Assembly: GCF_022651205.1 (NCBI RefSeq)
Contig: NZ_JALCQI010000003.1
Span: 19,693-83,692, forward strand
Direction of reading: 5' to 3'
DNA: 64,000 nt
DNA from: Limosilactobacillus sp.
GTDB taxonomy: Bacteria; Bacillota; Bacilli; Lactobacillales; Lactobacillaceae
Part shown: positions 48,970-60,705 of the stretch, piece by piece
Layout: each line of letters opens with the position of its first letter
Position numbering within the stretch: position 1 is the stretch's first letter
Position numbers and translations under genes: made by a program
Notes under the pieces: generated by a model
Database searches by the model: none
What the model was told of the DNA's origin: nothing
The model's input: only the letters and a program-made list of their open reading frames with translations

Positions 48970-50295
48970 ATGGATGAAAAGGCACAATTATTAATTGGAC
49001 CTGATGAAAAGGTACCAACGGGGGAAGCAATCTTATTAGGATTACAGCACGTATTGGCAATGGATGTGTACGTGCCACCGATTATTCTTGGTGGTTTATT
49101 GGCAATGGGCGCTGCCGATTCGACTGGCTTATTACAGGCAACATTTTTAGCCTGTGGAATTGGGACAATCCTTCAAACGGCATACTTCATGAAGATGCCA
49201 GTATCTCAAGGCCCGTCATTTGTTCCGTTAACGGCAGCGGCAGGAGTTGTCCTTGCTAGTGGAGGACTTCACGGTGGTGGAATGTCAACGCTAATGGGGG
49301 CGTTGCTTGTTGGAGCGATCCTTTTGATTCTCCTTGGCCTAAGTGGTGTTTTTCAAAAAATTATTAATCGCTTAGTACCTGCTGTAGTTGGTGGGACGAT
49401 TATTACTTGCGTTGGTTTATCCTTAATTCCTTCAGCATTAAATGATAATATTTTTGAAGCTAAGGGGGATGTTTACCAAAACATGGAGTTAGCCGGGATC
49501 ACCGCTGCAATTCTAATTGTTTGTGTTGCCATCAGTATTCGTTTCCCAAAGGTTCAGAAGTTATTCAAGACCGGTTCGATTGTTATTGCTTTATTAGCAG
49601 GAACTGCAATTAGCGCCTCAATGGGTCGATTTGATGCTTCATCAGTCGCCGCTGCTCCTTGGTTCAGCCTTCCTCAACGCACCATTTTTCACTGGGGAAT
49701 CCACTTTGATATGACCGCAATCTTTACCTTCATTATTATTTATGCAATCTTAACCACTGAAACAACTGGTACATGGTTTGCTATGGGTGCCGTAACAAAC
49801 CATGAAATTACGGATAAGCAATGGAACCGGGGGATCATCGGTGAAGGACTTAGTTGTCTAATTGCTACAATTACCGGTTCAACACCAGTTACGGGTTATT
49901 CTACTAATGCAGGAATTATCTCAATTACTGGTGTTGCTAGTAAGATCGTTTTCGTTGCTGCTGGAGTATGGTTCGTGATTTTAGGATTTTGTACAAAACT
50001 TTCGGCTTTCTTAGCCGCTATCCCTGCACCGGTAATCGGTGGTGTCTTTGCTATTATTACCGTAACGATTATGTTAAATGGGTTAAACGTTATCCGGAAT
50101 TTAAAAGTTCGTGAAAGTGATCTATACATTATCGGGTTGCCAATCGTAATTACTATTGCGTTAGTATTAATCCCACAAAAGATTGTTCATGGTGCTCCAC
50201 AGATGATTCAGTACCTTCTTGGCTCACCGGTAGCAATGGCAGCAATCACAGCAATTATTCTTAACCTAGTAATGCCAAAACGAGCTAAGATTTAG
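48970..50295 (+). CDS. NCS2/NAT-family nucleobase (xanthine/guanine) permease
   Basis: GLQHVLAM, QGPSF, TGYSTNAGIISITGVASK NAT motif, IPAPVIGG. Confidence 0.9.
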   Translation: MDEKAQLLIGPDEKVPTGEAILLGLQHVLAMDVYVPPIILGGLLAMGAADSTGLLQATFLACGIGTILQTAYFMKMPVSQGPSFVPLTAAAGVVLASGGLHGGGMSTLMGALLVGAILLILLGLSGVFQKIINRLVPAVVGGTIITCVGLSLIPSALNDNIFEAKGDVYQNMELAGITAAILIVCVAISIRFPKVQKLFKTGSIVIALLAGTAISASMGRFDASSVAAAPWFSLPQRTIFHWGIHFDMTAIFTFIIIYAILTTETTGTWFAMGAVTNHEITDKQWNRGIIGEGLSCLIATITGSTPVTGYSTNAGIISITGVASKIVFVAAGVWFVILGFCTKLSAFLAAIPAPVIGGVFAIITVTIMLNGLNVIRNLKVRESDLYIIGLPIVITIALVLIPQKIVHGAPQMIQYLLGSPVAMAAITAIILNLVMPKRAKI

Positions 50296-50306
50296 TCAAT
50301 AATAAA

Positions 50307-50353
50307 TGAAAAGGTGAGAGGAAAACTGGCGGTTTTCCTCTCACTTTCATTTA
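50307..50353. terminator. Bidirectional terminator
   Basis: aaggtgagaggaaaac-tggcg-gttttcctctcacttt. Confidence 0.78.
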
Positions 50354-53251
50354 TTATTTATTTTGCTTTTTCAAAGTGAAAATTAATGAGATAAGGGCGG
50401 CTAATATGGTCCAACATAATCCAACAATACTAATAATTAGACCAGGACGGAAGCCAGGAAGTTGGTATGTAAATGTTATTTGGTGAGTCCCAGTAGGAAG
50501 TGGAATTCCTAAGAATGCTTGGTTAGTTCTAACAGTTTTTACTGTCTTACCATTTACCGTTGCATGCCAACCACTTGAGTAAGGAATTGATGAAGTTAAA
50601 ATTCCTTTCCTGTTAGTAGTGATGGTTCCTTGAACTCGGTTTTGACTAAATTTAAGTTTACGTAAACCATGACGTTTGATGGTTGCCACTTGCTCTTGAT
50701 AATGATTATCGAACTTTTCTGCAACTACCTGATACTTTAGCTGGTAAGTACCAAGTTTAGTTGGCTGGAACGATAATCGATCCGGGAGACCACCATTGTA
50801 ATAGCCGATATTTAATGTTGAGTTTTTAACCTGCTTAAAGAAGGAAAGGGTGCTTTGCTTTGGCTGATTGATTGTTGCGGTACCAAAGCGACTGCCAACA
50901 TTAATTTTGAAGCTAATGTCGGGGGAACCATTAAGAATGTGATAGCGCCAGTACCGATATTGATTATATTTATGGTTAATGGCACTTCCGGGCTTAGTGG
51001 CCATTTGTTGTAAGTGCTGTTGTTCATAATTAATTTGTTCCTTCATTGAGAATGGTGTGAACTTGATCTTGCTAAATTCAATGTGAAGTTCAGAACCACG
51101 AAGTCGATGCCGAAAAGCAGGACTTGCTAGTTGAGGGAGTTCAATATGGTATTTCTCTTCGCTATCAGTATATTTTAGGTGTCCGGGGTTAACCTTATTT
51201 AAGCGGTTTGAAATTAAATTACTCTTTAACTTGTAGACATGATTATTGAGACTAGCTACTTTCATTCCCTTAGTCACGCCTTTTTGATTAACGACAACAC
51301 CACTAGCAAGAGCTCGTTCTTTTTCTGTAGGAGAAAGTTTTTGGTAACGGGAATGACTAATGTAAGAATCCTGCCAGTAAATCAGTGGAAAGGCATTATT
51401 AGTCTTATAGCGATTGGTTTGAGTTGGGATGAAATCCTTCTTATTCTTAATATCACTTGGCTGACCAGAATCGTAATTAATAATTGGCGTAGAGGATTGA
51501 TCTAAGAAATAGCCAGCTGGGATCTTTGTAGCATTTTCACTATCACTTTGTACGAATAGATATTTAACGCCTAAGAAATTATTTAAAACGGTTCGATCGT
51601 CAACCTGACGAAGGGGAACGTTCGCTTGATACTGATTGTTTTGTAAACTTGTACTGAATTTTCCTAGGTATTGGTTTTGAAGCGAGTAGTACGAATCAAT
51701 ATTATGAAGTCCAGAAGTGAGATCGTTGTCAATGGTAGGGACGTCAATAATTTGATTTTGACTAATTGTCGATACTCGGTAGGAGGGAGTGCGACTTAGG
51801 CCATTATCAAGTCCACCATACCGCATTGCCATCATTTGCTGGTACTGACCCCGATTAAGCATTTTAGTGCTGAAATCACCGTTATAAGGGAAAGATGCGT
51901 AAATTGCGTTGAAGCCTGCGTTTAGAACAATAATTCCTAAAAGATATAGCTGTGGGTGTGCAAGTCGGTGAAAGCTAATTAGCCAGAGAAGAAGTAGTGA
52001 AGTTAAGAGAAAGAGGAGGGGGATGACAATATCGTTTTCGTTTTCAAAAAGAAATGTAAGCAGGAGAACTACTACGTAAATTCCGGTTGCATAGGTAATT
52101 GTTTTTAATGATTTATGAGAAAGCGTCTGAGCATTTTCTACTAATAAGCAGATCGCCATTGATAGTGGAAGGTAAATCAAGAGCGTCCAACGGTTTGAAG
52201 CTGCCATCATACCATTAAACATCGCCCCAACAGCTGGAATGAGGAGCATAACGAGAGCAATTCCCAAACTAATTGTGATTAGTGGGTATTGTTTAGCGTG
52301 AATATAAACATAGACGAGGGCAATAAATCCAATTGAAACGATCCCCAGAGCACTCCAAAACATGAACGACCATTGATCGCCATTGATTAGCTGTTTTGGT
52401 AAGAAGAGGTAGTAATAAAGAGGATAAACCTTCAGACCGTTTGCAAACTGTGCACCAAGTCGAGTGGAATGACTAACTGCGATTAATTCTGGAATCCACA
52501 TCACGGCTGATAAAAGTAGACTGGTGATGGTTGCAAAGGCTAATTTGAGAAATGTTGAAAGGTAGTTAAGTTCCTTTCGATACCTCGTTACAACACGAAG
52601 GATAAGGTAGAATAATGAACCAATACCGAGAATGAAGGCCAAGTAATAATTGCTAATTAGCATCCAGGTAAATGCACCTGCTAAAGGCCATGCAGATCCT
52701 CCTCGGAGAATTCGCTCAATTTGGATCACTATTATAGGAAAAAGAATGAACGGTGTGCTGAAAAACGGTTGCGCAACACAAGCATATAATAGAAAAGAAT
52801 TAACCAAGTAGGCAGTTGTCCCTGCAAGAATTGTTGTATTCCTAAACTTAAAATGCTGTGCAAAGTAGATAAATGATAGGCCTACACAATACATCCGAAT
52901 GATGCTAATGAACTGGTAGGCGCGAGTAATCTTATGCGCAGGAAAAAGCAGGGCCAGATATGAAAAAATATCACCAACATTATAATAGGAAAAAACTTGA
53001 AAAGTATCGGAGCCTAATCCGAATTGCCAAGACCAGAAATTAATCTTTCCGGGGTGGTGGAAGAAGCTAATCACTGCCTCACGGTACTTCTCTAAAAGCG
53101 GAAGATGTTGATTTAAGGCATCTTTGCTCCAAATAATGCTATGACCGGTTACTAAATATGTACCAAAAATACATAATGCAAGAAATAAAAAAAGGACGGT
53201 GTATTCAAGATATAATTTTATAACTGGTCTTTTCTTAAACGAAAAATCCAT
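50354..53251 (-). CDS. yfhO: YfhO-family GT-C membrane glycosyltransferase
   Basis: DALNQH, WSWQFGLGSD, YYNVGDIF, large extracellular domain, TSSIPYSSGWHATVNG, AFLGIPL..G.HQITFTY; ATG 53251 after GGAG. Confidence 0.88.
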   Translation of the reverse strand: MDFSFKKRPVIKLYLEYTVLFLFLALCIFGTYLVTGHSIIWSKDALNQHLPLLEKYREAVISFFHHPGKINFWSWQFGLGSDTFQVFSYYNVGDIFSYLALLFPAHKITRAYQFISIIRMYCVGLSFIYFAQHFKFRNTTILAGTTAYLVNSFLLYACVAQPFFSTPFILFPIIVIQIERILRGGSAWPLAGAFTWMLISNYYLAFILGIGSLFYLILRVVTRYRKELNYLSTFLKLAFATITSLLLSAVMWIPELIAVSHSTRLGAQFANGLKVYPLYYYLFLPKQLINGDQWSFMFWSALGIVSIGFIALVYVYIHAKQYPLITISLGIALVMLLIPAVGAMFNGMMAASNRWTLLIYLPLSMAICLLVENAQTLSHKSLKTITYATGIYVVVLLLTFLFENENDIVIPLLFLLTSLLLLWLISFHRLAHPQLYLLGIIVLNAGFNAIYASFPYNGDFSTKMLNRGQYQQMMAMRYGGLDNGLSRTPSYRVSTISQNQIIDVPTIDNDLTSGLHNIDSYYSLQNQYLGKFSTSLQNNQYQANVPLRQVDDRTVLNNFLGVKYLFVQSDSENATKIPAGYFLDQSSTPIINYDSGQPSDIKNKKDFIPTQTNRYKTNNAFPLIYWQDSYISHSRYQKLSPTEKERALASGVVVNQKGVTKGMKVASLNNHVYKLKSNLISNRLNKVNPGHLKYTDSEEKYHIELPQLASPAFRHRLRGSELHIEFSKIKFTPFSMKEQINYEQQHLQQMATKPGSAINHKYNQYRYWRYHILNGSPDISFKINVGSRFGTATINQPKQSTLSFFKQVKNSTLNIGYYNGGLPDRLSFQPTKLGTYQLKYQVVAEKFDNHYQEQVATIKRHGLRKLKFSQNRVQGTITTNRKGILTSSIPYSSGWHATVNGKTVKTVRTNQAFLGIPLPTGTHQITFTYQLPGFRPGLIISIVGLCWTILAALISLIFTLKKQNK

Positions 53252-53398
53252 AAATAACTCCTTGATAAATAAATGTACAATGATCATATTTTAGCATTTG
53301 TCAGAAAAAACACGATAAAAAGTAACAAAATATTGCAAGAAAATTTCGTAGTGCAATCATTTTGTAAAGAAAAAAGTTAAATTTATTTGCTAAAAAGC

Positions 53399-53595
53399 TT
53401 GATATAGCAATCATTCTTTAGTATTATGGATAGGTGCTTGAGTTCGGGAGGTATATTTTGCATACCCCCAGATGAAGTTAAGCTGCGAAGCGTTGATGCG
53501 GAAGGTTGCGACACACCCGGCCGCTTTGCCACAGGATGTGGCGGTAATTTCCGCGGAGCTAGTCAAATTTTAAATCTGACGAAGGAGGGAATATA
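53399..53595 (+). promoter_or_regulatory. S10 operon promoter and structured rpsJ leader RNA
   Basis: TTGATA-17-TATTAT; GGTTGCGACACACCCGGCCGCTTTGCCA motif typical of Bacilli rpsJ leaders. Confidence 0.72.
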
Positions 53596-53904
53596 ATGGC
53601 AAAACAAAAGATTCGTATTCGGTTAAAGGCTTATGAACACCGTATTCTTGATCAATCAGCAGACAAGATTGTTGAAACTGCAAAGCGTACAGGTGCTCAA
53701 ATTTCAGGTCCTATCCCGTTACCTACTGAACGGACTATCTACACTGTTCTCCGTTCACCACACAAGTTCAAGAAGTCTCGGGAACAATTTGAAATGCGCA
53801 CTCACAAGCGTTTGATTGATATCGTTGATCCAACACCAAAGACTGTTGATTCACTTATGAAGCTCGATCTTCCTAGTGGTGTTGATATCGAAATTAAATT
53901 GTAA
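53596..53904 (+). CDS. rpsJ: 30S ribosomal protein S10
   Basis: [18 protein letters not shown]. Confidence 0.99.
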   Translation: MAKQKIRIRLKAYEHRILDQSADKIVETAKRTGAQISGPIPLPTERTIYTVLRSPHKFKKSREQFEMRTHKRLIDIVDPTPKTVDSLMKLDLPSGVDIEIKL

Positions 53905-53945
53905 TTATTATTCTAGATTAAATAAATTTTTTAGGAGGTGTACTC

Positions 53946-54608
53946 ATGGCCAAAGGAATCTTAGGTAAAAAAGTTGGGATGACTCAAGTTTTTACTGACA
54001 ACGGTGAATTGGTACCAGTTACAGTTATTGATGTAACACCAAACGTTGTTATGCAAATCAAGACCGTTGAGAATGACGGTTACAACGCTGTTCAACTTGG
54101 ATTTGATGATAAGCGCGAAATCTTGAGCAACAAGCCTGAACAAGGTCATGCAGCAAAAGCAAACACGACCCCTAAGCGCTTCATCGGTGAAATCCGTGAC
54201 GCTGAATTAGGGGATGACATCAAGGTTGGAGACGAAGTTAAGGCTGATGTCTTCAATGAAGGTGAAACTGTCGACGTTACGGGTGTTACAAAGGGTCATG
54301 GTTACCAAGGTAACATTCACAAGGACAACCAATCACGTGGACCTATGTCACACGGTTCTCGTTACCACCGTCGTCCAGGTTCATTAGGACCAATCATTAA
54401 CCGTGTCTTCAAGGGTATGAAGTTACCAGGTCGTATGGGTGGCAAGACCGTCACTATGCAACACCTTGAAGTTGTTAAGGTTGATCTTGATAACAATGTT
54501 CTTTTAATTAAGGGTAACGTTCCTGGTGCTAACAAGTCATACGTTACTATTAAGAATTCTGTGAAGGCTAACACTAAGAAGAGCCTGAGCAAGCAACACA
54601 ACAAATAA
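53946..54608 (+). CDS. rplC: 50S ribosomal protein L3
   Basis: [24 protein letters not shown]. Confidence 0.99.
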   Translation: MAKGILGKKVGMTQVFTDNGELVPVTVIDVTPNVVMQIKTVENDGYNAVQLGFDDKREILSNKPEQGHAAKANTTPKRFIGEIRDAELGDDIKVGDEVKADVFNEGETVDVTGVTKGHGYQGNIHKDNQSRGPMSHGSRYHRRPGSLGPIINRVFKGMKLPGRMGGKTVTMQHLEVVKVDLDNNVLLIKGNVPGANKSYVTIKNSVKANTKKSLSKQHNK

Positions 54609-54630
54609 TTAAGAAAGGAGGAAGTTAATA

Positions 54631-55254
54631 ATGACTAGCGTTAATTTATACAAGCAAGATGGTAGCCAAAACGGTACTATCGATTTGAATGCTGATGTAT
54701 TCGGCATCGAACCAAATGAAAATGCTGAATTCGAAGCAATTCTTCGCCAACGCGCTTCAATGCGTCAAGGTACTCATGCCGTAAAGAACCGTTCAGCTGT
54801 TAGCGGTGGTGGTAAGAAGCCATGGCGTCAAAAGGGTACTGGTCGTGCTCGTCAAGGTTCTATTCGTTCACCACAATTCCGTGGTGGTGGTATCGTCTTC
54901 GGACCTACTCCACGTTCTTACAAGTACAGCCTTCCTCGCAAGGTTCGTCAACTTGCTATTAAGTCTGCCCTTTCTCAAAAGGTTCTTGACAACGCATTAG
55001 TTGTTGTTGATGCATTAAACTTTGATGCACCAAAGACTAAGGAATTTGCAGGAGTTATGGATAACCTTAAGGTTGCCGAAAAGGTATTGGTTGTTGTTAC
55101 TGATGATGACAAGAACGCTGCTTTGTCTGCTCGCAACTTGGCAAACGCCACTGTTGTTACACCCGCTGGTGTTAACATCTTGAGTGTTGTTGACAGTCAA
55201 AAGATCGTCATCACTAAGTCAGCTCTTTCTCAAGTAGAGGAGGTGCTCGCATAA
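54631..55254 (+). CDS. rplD: 50S ribosomal protein L4
   Basis: [15 protein letters not shown]. Confidence 0.99.
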   Translation: MTSVNLYKQDGSQNGTIDLNADVFGIEPNENAEFEAILRQRASMRQGTHAVKNRSAVSGGGKKPWRQKGTGRARQGSIRSPQFRGGGIVFGPTPRSYKYSLPRKVRQLAIKSALSQKVLDNALVVVDALNFDAPKTKEFAGVMDNLKVAEKVLVVVTDDDKNAALSARNLANATVVTPAGVNILSVVDSQKIVITKSALSQVEEVLA

Positions 55255-55547
55255 TGGAAGCACGCGAAGTTATCTTACGTCCAGTTGTTACCGAAGCCTC
55301 AATGGCCGGTATGGACGACAAGCGTTACACATTCGATGTTGATTTACGAGCAACTAAGACACAAGTAAAGAATGCTGTTGAAGAAATCTTTGGTGTTAAG
55401 GTTGTTAAGGTAAACATCATGAACTTAAAGGGTAAGAAAAAGCGTCAAGGTCGTTACGTTGGTTACACTAAGCGTCGTCGTAAGGCTATTGTCACTTTAT
55501 CTGCCGACTCAGATGAAATCAAACTGTTTAACGACAGTGAAAACTAA
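55254..55547 (+). CDS. rplW: 50S ribosomal protein L23
   Basis: [24 protein letters not shown]. Confidence 0.98.
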   Translation: MEAREVILRPVVTEASMAGMDDKRYTFDVDLRATKTQVKNAVEEIFGVKVVKVNIMNLKGKKKRQGRYVGYTKRRRKAIVTLSADSDEIKLFNDSEN

Positions 55548-55572
55548 TCATTAGAAAAAGGAGGAAAATATA

Positions 55573-56418
55573 GTGGGAATTCGTAAGTACAAACCTACCA
55601 CTAACGGTCGCCGTAATATGAACGGTTACGACTTTGCTGATATTACAAAGTCAGCTCCAGAAAAGTCATTATTGGCTCCTTTGAAGCACAAAGCCGGTCG
55701 TAACAGTTATGGTCACATTACTGTTCGTCACCGTGGTGGTGGTGTAAAGCGTCAATACCGTATCATTGACTTTAAGCGGATTAAGGATAATGTACCCGCA
55801 ACTGTAAAAGCAATCGAATACGATCCAAACCGGACTGCTAACATTGCTTTGCTTGTTTACGCTGATGGTACTAAGTCATACATCTTGGCTCCTAAGGGTC
55901 TTAAGGTTGGTATGACTGTTCAATCTGGTCCAGAAGCTGATATTAAGGTTGGTAATGCTCTTCCATTGAAGAACATTCCAGTTGGTACTGTTATTCATAA
56001 CATTGAATTGAAGCCAGGCAAGGGTGGACAATTAGCTCGTTCAGCTGGTGCATCTGCTCAATTACTTGGTAAGGAAGAAAAGTATGTTCTTGTTCGTCTT
56101 TCATCTGGTGAAGTTCGGATGGTTCTTGCTACTTGCCGTGCTACTATCGGTACTGTTGGTAATGATGAACATGCTTTGCTGATTAAGGGTAAGGCTGGTC
56201 GTACTCGTTACGCAGGTCAACGTCCACACGTGCGTGGTTCTGTTATGAACCCTAATGATCACCCACATGGTGGTGGTGAAGGTAAGCAACCTGTTGGTTT
56301 ACCATCTCCTCTGTCTCCATGGGGTAAGAAGACCGCTGGTAAGAAGACACGTTCACACAAGGCTCGTTCAAACAAGTTCATTGTTCGTGGTCGGAAGCGC
56401 GGTCCACATACTCGTTAA
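55573..56418 (+). CDS. rplB: 50S ribosomal protein L2
   Basis: [29 protein letters not shown]. Confidence 0.99.
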   Translation: MGIRKYKPTTNGRRNMNGYDFADITKSAPEKSLLAPLKHKAGRNSYGHITVRHRGGGVKRQYRIIDFKRIKDNVPATVKAIEYDPNRTANIALLVYADGTKSYILAPKGLKVGMTVQSGPEADIKVGNALPLKNIPVGTVIHNIELKPGKGGQLARSAGASAQLLGKEEKYVLVRLSSGEVRMVLATCRATIGTVGNDEHALLIKGKAGRTRYAGQRPHVRGSVMNPNDHPHGGGEGKQPVGLPSPLSPWGKKTAGKKTRSHKARSNKFIVRGRKRGPHTR

Positions 56419-56458
56419 GATTAGATATCGTTTAAATACCCGAGAGGAGGTACACTAA

Positions 56459-56734
56459 ATGGGTCGTAGTTTGAAGAAAGGACCTTTCGCTGACGCTTCT
56501 CTATTAAAGAAGGTTAAGGAGCAAGAAGGTTCTGATAAGAAGACCGTCATCAAGACATGGTCACGTCGTTCAACAATTTTCCCAAGTTTTATCGGTTATA
56601 CTTTCGCTGTATATGATGGTCGTAAGCACGTGCCAGTTTACGTACAAGAAGATATGGTTGGTCATAAGCTTGGTGAATTTGTTCCAACACGGACTTTCCA
56701 TGGTCACGCAACTGATGACAAGGCAACTAAGTAA
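56459..56734 (+). CDS. rpsS: 30S ribosomal protein S19
   Basis: [22 protein letters not shown]. Confidence 0.99.
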   Translation: MGRSLKKGPFADASLLKKVKEQEGSDKKTVIKTWSRRSTIFPSFIGYTFAVYDGRKHVPVYVQEDMVGHKLGEFVPTRTFHGHATDDKATK

Positions 56735-56752
56735 GGAGGGTGAACAATAGAC

Positions 56753-57100
56753 ATGGCTGAAAACATTACATCCGCTAAGGCAACTGCTAAGATGGTTCGT
56801 GTTTCTGCACGTAAGGTTCGTCTTGTTTTAGACGCCATCCGCGGTAAAAGCGTTGCTGAAGCATTTGCTATTCTGAAGTTCACTCCCCGTGGTGCTGCTT
56901 CAGATGTTGAAAAAGTATTAAATTCTGCTGTTGCAAACGCTGAAAACAACTTTGACTTGGATCGTGCTTCACTTGTAGTTAGAGAAGCATTCGCAAACGA
57001 AGGACCAACCCTTAAGCGGTTCCGTCCACGTGCCAAGGGTTCCGCTTCACCAATTAACAAGCGGACTAGTCACATTACAGTGGTTGTTACAGAACGATAG
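56753..57100 (+). CDS. rplV: 50S ribosomal protein L22
   Basis: [23 protein letters not shown]. Confidence 0.99.
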   Translation: MAENITSAKATAKMVRVSARKVRLVLDAIRGKSVAEAFAILKFTPRGAASDVEKVLNSAVANAENNFDLDRASLVVREAFANEGPTLKRFRPRAKGSASPINKRTSHITVVVTER

Positions 57101-57112
57101 GAGGAATGAATA

Positions 57113-57772
57113 GTGGGTCAAAAGATCAATCCTAATGGTTTTCGTGTTGGGGTCATTCGCGACTGGACTGCTAAGTGGTACGCAGAAAAAGATTTTGCTA
57201 ACTACTTAAACGAAGACCTTCGGATCCGTAAGTACATTGAAAAGCGACTTGCTGATGCCTCAGTATCAACCGTTGAAATTGAACGTGCTGCTAACCGCGT
57301 AAACGTCTCAATTCATACTGCCAAGCCAGGTATGGTTATTGGTAAGGGTGGTTCAGAAGTTGAAGCACTTCGTAAGGAATTAAACAAGTTAACTGGCAAG
57401 CGTGTCCACATTAACATTGTGGAAATTAAGAAGCCAGATTTAGATGCTCACCTTGTTGGTGAAAGCATCGCTCGTCAATTGGAAGCACGTATTGCATTCC
57501 GTCGTGCAATGCGTGGTGCTATGCAACGTGCAATGCGTGCTGGTGCTAAGGGTATTAAAACCCAAGTCGCTGGTCGTTTGAATGGTGCAGATATGTCACG
57601 GGTTGAATCATACTCTGACGGAACTGTTCCTTTGCACACATTACGTGCCGACATTGATTACTCTTGGGATGAAGCACACACTACATACGGTGTTCTTGGT
57701 GTAAAGACTTGGATTTACCGTGGTGAAGTATTGCCAACCAAGAAGAATAACGATGAAGAAGGAGGGAAGTAA
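57113..57772 (+). CDS. rpsC: 30S ribosomal protein S3
   Basis: [23 protein letters not shown]. Confidence 0.99.
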   Translation: MGQKINPNGFRVGVIRDWTAKWYAEKDFANYLNEDLRIRKYIEKRLADASVSTVEIERAANRVNVSIHTAKPGMVIGKGGSEVEALRKELNKLTGKRVHINIVEIKKPDLDAHLVGESIARQLEARIAFRRAMRGAMQRAMRAGAKGIKTQVAGRLNGADMSRVESYSDGTVPLHTLRADIDYSWDEAHTTYGVLGVKTWIYRGEVLPTKKNNDEEGGK

Positions 57773-57774
57773 AC

Positions 57775-58209
57775 ATGCTAGTACCTAAGCGAGTTAAGCA
57801 CCGTAAGGTTCAACGTGGCCACATGCGTGGTGAAGCCAAGGGTGGTAAGACTGTTTCATTCGGTGATTTTGGTTTACAAGCATTGGATTCCCACTGGATT
57901 AGTAACCGTCAAATTGAAGCTGCTCGTATCGCTCTTACCCGTTACATGAAACGTGGTGGTAAGGTTTGGATTAAGATCTTCCCTCAACTTTCCTACACTA
58001 GCAAAGGTGTTGGTGTCCGGATGGGTAATGGTAAGGGTGCCCCTGAAGGTTGGGTTGCCCCAGTTAAGCGTGGCAAGGTAATGTTCGAAGTAGCAGGTGT
58101 ATCTGAAGAAACTGCTCGCGAAGCTTTACGTCTTGCCGGTCACAAGTTGCCAGTTCGCACTAAGATCGTAAAACGTGAGGAAGTAGGTGGACAATCTAAT
58201 GAAAAGTAA
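57775..58209 (+). CDS. rplP: 50S ribosomal protein L16
   Basis: [18 protein letters not shown]. Confidence 0.99.
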   Translation: MLVPKRVKHRKVQRGHMRGEAKGGKTVSFGDFGLQALDSHWISNRQIEAARIALTRYMKRGGKVWIKIFPQLSYTSKGVGVRMGNGKGAPEGWVAPVKRGKVMFEVAGVSEETAREALRLAGHKLPVRTKIVKREEVGGQSNEK

Positions 58210-58405
58210 AGATTACGTACAAGAACTGAATGGATTAACCACTGAGAAGCTACTTGACCGTGAAAAGGAACTGAAGGAGCAATTATTTAACTTACGTTTC
58301 CAATTAGCAACCGGCCAATTGGAAAACACTGCAAGTCTTAAGCAAGTACGCAAAGACATTGCCCGGGTTAAGACAGTTCTTCGTCAACAAGAATTAAATA
58401 AATAA
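58199..58405 (+). CDS. rpmC: 50S ribosomal protein L29
   Basis: [24 protein letters not shown]; ATG 58199. Confidence 0.98.
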   Translation: MKSKDYVQELNGLTTEKLLDREKELKEQLFNLRFQLATGQLENTASLKQVRKDIARVKTVLRQQELNK

Positions 58406-58430
58406 AGAATACGAAAAGGAGGATTAGCGC

Positions 58431-58697
58431 ATGAGTGAAGAACGTAATGCACGTAAGGTTTATCAAGGCCGCGTTGTTTCCGATAAAATGGATAAGACTA
58501 TCACTGTTGTAATTGACACTTACAAGAGTGCCCCAATTTACGGCAAGCGTGTTAAGTACTCAAAGAAGTACTACGCACATGACGAAAACAACGAAGCTAA
58601 GACTGGCGACACTGTACAAATCATGGAAACACGTCCATTATCTGCAAAGAAGCGTTTCCGTCTTGTAAAAATTGTCGAAAAGGCTGCTACCCTTTAA
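58431..58697 (+). CDS. rpsQ: 30S ribosomal protein S17
   Basis: [23 protein letters not shown]. Confidence 0.99.
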   Translation: MSEERNARKVYQGRVVSDKMDKTITVVIDTYKSAPIYGKRVKYSKKYYAHDENNEAKTGDTVQIMETRPLSAKKRFRLVKIVEKAATL

Positions 58698-58761
58698 TTA
58701 GCAGACAACTCTAAATTTCGTATTCTAATTCTTATTCAAAGATGGAAGGAGGACATTAACC

Positions 58762-59130
58762 GTGATTCAACAAGAAAGTCGGTTGAAGGTCGCTGATAAC
58801 TCCGGTGCCCGCGAAATCTTGGTAATCAAGATCTTAGGTGGTTCCCGAGTAAAAACAGGTAACATTGGTGATATTATTGTTGCTACTGTAAAACAGGCAA
58901 CACCAGGTGGCGTTGTCAAAAAGGGTGACGTTGTTAAGGCTGTTGTAGTACGGACTAAGCAAGGTCTACACCGTAAAGATGGTTCATACATCAAGTTTGA
59001 TGAAAACGCTGCTGTTTTGATTAACAACGATAAGAGCCCTAAGGGTACCCGTATTTTTGGCCCAATTGCTCGTGAACTTCGTGGAGATGACTTCATGAAG
59101 ATCGTTTCATTAGCTCCAGAAGTTCTGTAA
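58762..59130 (+). CDS. rplN: 50S ribosomal protein L14
   Basis: [26 protein letters not shown]. Confidence 0.99.
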   Translation: MIQQESRLKVADNSGAREILVIKILGGSRVKTGNIGDIIVATVKQATPGGVVKKGDVVKAVVVRTKQGLHRKDGSYIKFDENAAVLINNDKSPKGTRIFGPIARELRGDDFMKIVSLAPEVL

Positions 59131-59164
59131 GATTTACCCAAAAATAAGGAGGTGCACTATCAAC

Positions 59165-59473
59165 ATGTTCATTAAAACAGGTGACAAAGTTCGCGTTATC
59201 GCTGGTAAGGACAAGGGCAAGGAAGGTACTGTAAAGAAGACCATTGCCTCTGCAAACCGTGTGATCGTTGAAGGCATTAACATGGTTAAGAAACACCAAA
59301 AGCCAAGTAACTCAAACCCTAATGGCGGAGTTATTGATACTGAAGCTGCTATCAGTGCTTCAAATGTTATGCTGATTGATCCTTCTACTAACGAACCAAC
59401 CCGTGTTGGTTTCAAGTTCGTTGATGGTAAGAAGGTTCGTTTTGCCAAGAAATCTGGCAAGACTATCGACTAA
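59165..59473 (+). CDS. rplX: 50S ribosomal protein L24
   Basis: [16 protein letters not shown] (KOW motif). Confidence 0.99.
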   Translation: MFIKTGDKVRVIAGKDKGKEGTVKKTIASANRVIVEGINMVKKHQKPSNSNPNGGVIDTEAAISASNVMLIDPSTNEPTRVGFKFVDGKKVRFAKKSGKTID

Positions 59474-59503
59474 AATTAATTACGAAAGGAGGAATAACTT
59501 CCA

Positions 59504-60046
59504 ATGGAAAATCGTTTAAAAGCTAAGTACGAAAGTGAAATCCGTCCAGCATTGATTGAAAAGTTTAACTATTCATCAATCATGCAAGCACCTAAGATTG
59601 ACAAGATTGTCTTAAACATGGGTGTTGGTGATGCTACTACCAACTCTAAAAACCTTGATGAAGCCGTTGAAGAATTGGGCTTGATTTCTGGTCAAAAGCC
59701 TTTAATTACTAAGGCTAAGAAGTCAATTGCCGGCTTCCGTCTTCGTGAAGGAATGTCAATTGGTGCCAAGGCCACTTTACGTGGTGAACGCATGTATGAT
59801 TTCTTGGATAAGTTGATTAATGTTTCATTACCTCGTGTTCGTGATTTCCATGGTGTAAGCAACAAGTCATTTGATGGCCGTGGTAACTACACTTTGGGAA
59901 TTCGTGAACAATTAATCTTCCCTGAAATTGATTTTGATAAGGTTAACCGTGTTCGTGGTTTGGATGTTGTTATCGTTACAACTGCAGAAACTGATGAAGA
60001 ATCACACGAATTACTGGCTCAACTTGGTATGCCGTTCGCTAAATAA
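59504..60046 (+). CDS. rplE: 50S ribosomal protein L5
   Basis: [25 protein letters not shown]. Confidence 0.99.
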   Translation: MENRLKAKYESEIRPALIEKFNYSSIMQAPKIDKIVLNMGVGDATTNSKNLDEAVEELGLISGQKPLITKAKKSIAGFRLREGMSIGAKATLRGERMYDFLDKLINVSLPRVRDFHGVSNKSFDGRGNYTLGIREQLIFPEIDFDKVNRVRGLDVVIVTTAETDEESHELLAQLGMPFAK

Positions 60047-60061
60047 AGGAGGTTCCACAAA

Positions 60062-60247
60062 TTGGCTAAAAAATCAATGATTGCTAAGTGCAACCGTCCA
60101 GCTAAGTTCTCAAGTCGTGAATACACACGCTGTGCTCGTTGTGGACGTCCGCACTCAGTTTACCGTAAATTCCACTTATGCCGGCTTTGCTTACGAGAAC
60201 TTGCCCACAAGGGACAAATTCCTGGTTTAAAGAAGGCTAGCTGGTAA
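60062..60247 (+). CDS. rpsN: 30S ribosomal protein S14, Zn-ribbon (type Z)
   Basis: 61 aa, CARC...CRLC. Confidence 0.98.
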   Translation: MAKKSMIAKCNRPAKFSSREYTRCARCGRPHSVYRKFHLCRLCLRELAHKGQIPGLKKASW

Positions 60248-60277
60248 ACAAATCACCGACAAAGGAGGAAAACATCG

Positions 60278-60676
60278 ATGTCTATGAGTGATCCAATCGC
60301 AGATTTCTTAACTCGCATTCGTAATGCTAATATGGCTCAACACGAATCAGTAGAAGCACCTGCATCAAAGATGAAGAAGGACATCGCTGAAATCTTAAAG
60401 AATGAAGGTTTCATTCGCGATGTTGAATACGTTGACGATAACAAGCAAGGCATCATTCGTGTCTTCTTAAAGTATGGTAACGACGGTCAACGGGTTATTT
60501 CCGGATTAAAGCGGATTTCTAAGCCTGGTCTTCGTACATATGTTAAGGCTGACGCTGTGCCAAAGGTTCTCAACGGATTAGGGATTGCCATTATCTCAAC
60601 ATCTGAGGGTGTTGTGACTGACAAGGTTGCTCGCGCCAAGAAAATTGGTGGCGAAGTTATCGCCTACATTTGGTAA
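60278..60676 (+). CDS. rpsH: 30S ribosomal protein S8
   Basis: [21 protein letters not shown]. Confidence 0.99.
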   Translation: MSMSDPIADFLTRIRNANMAQHESVEAPASKMKKDIAEILKNEGFIRDVEYVDDNKQGIIRVFLKYGNDGQRVISGLKRISKPGLRTYVKADAVPKVLNGLGIAIISTSEGVVTDKVARAKKIGGEVIAYIW

Positions 60677-60705
60677 TTAATTAAATTAAGTTAGGAGGTG
60701 CAAGC

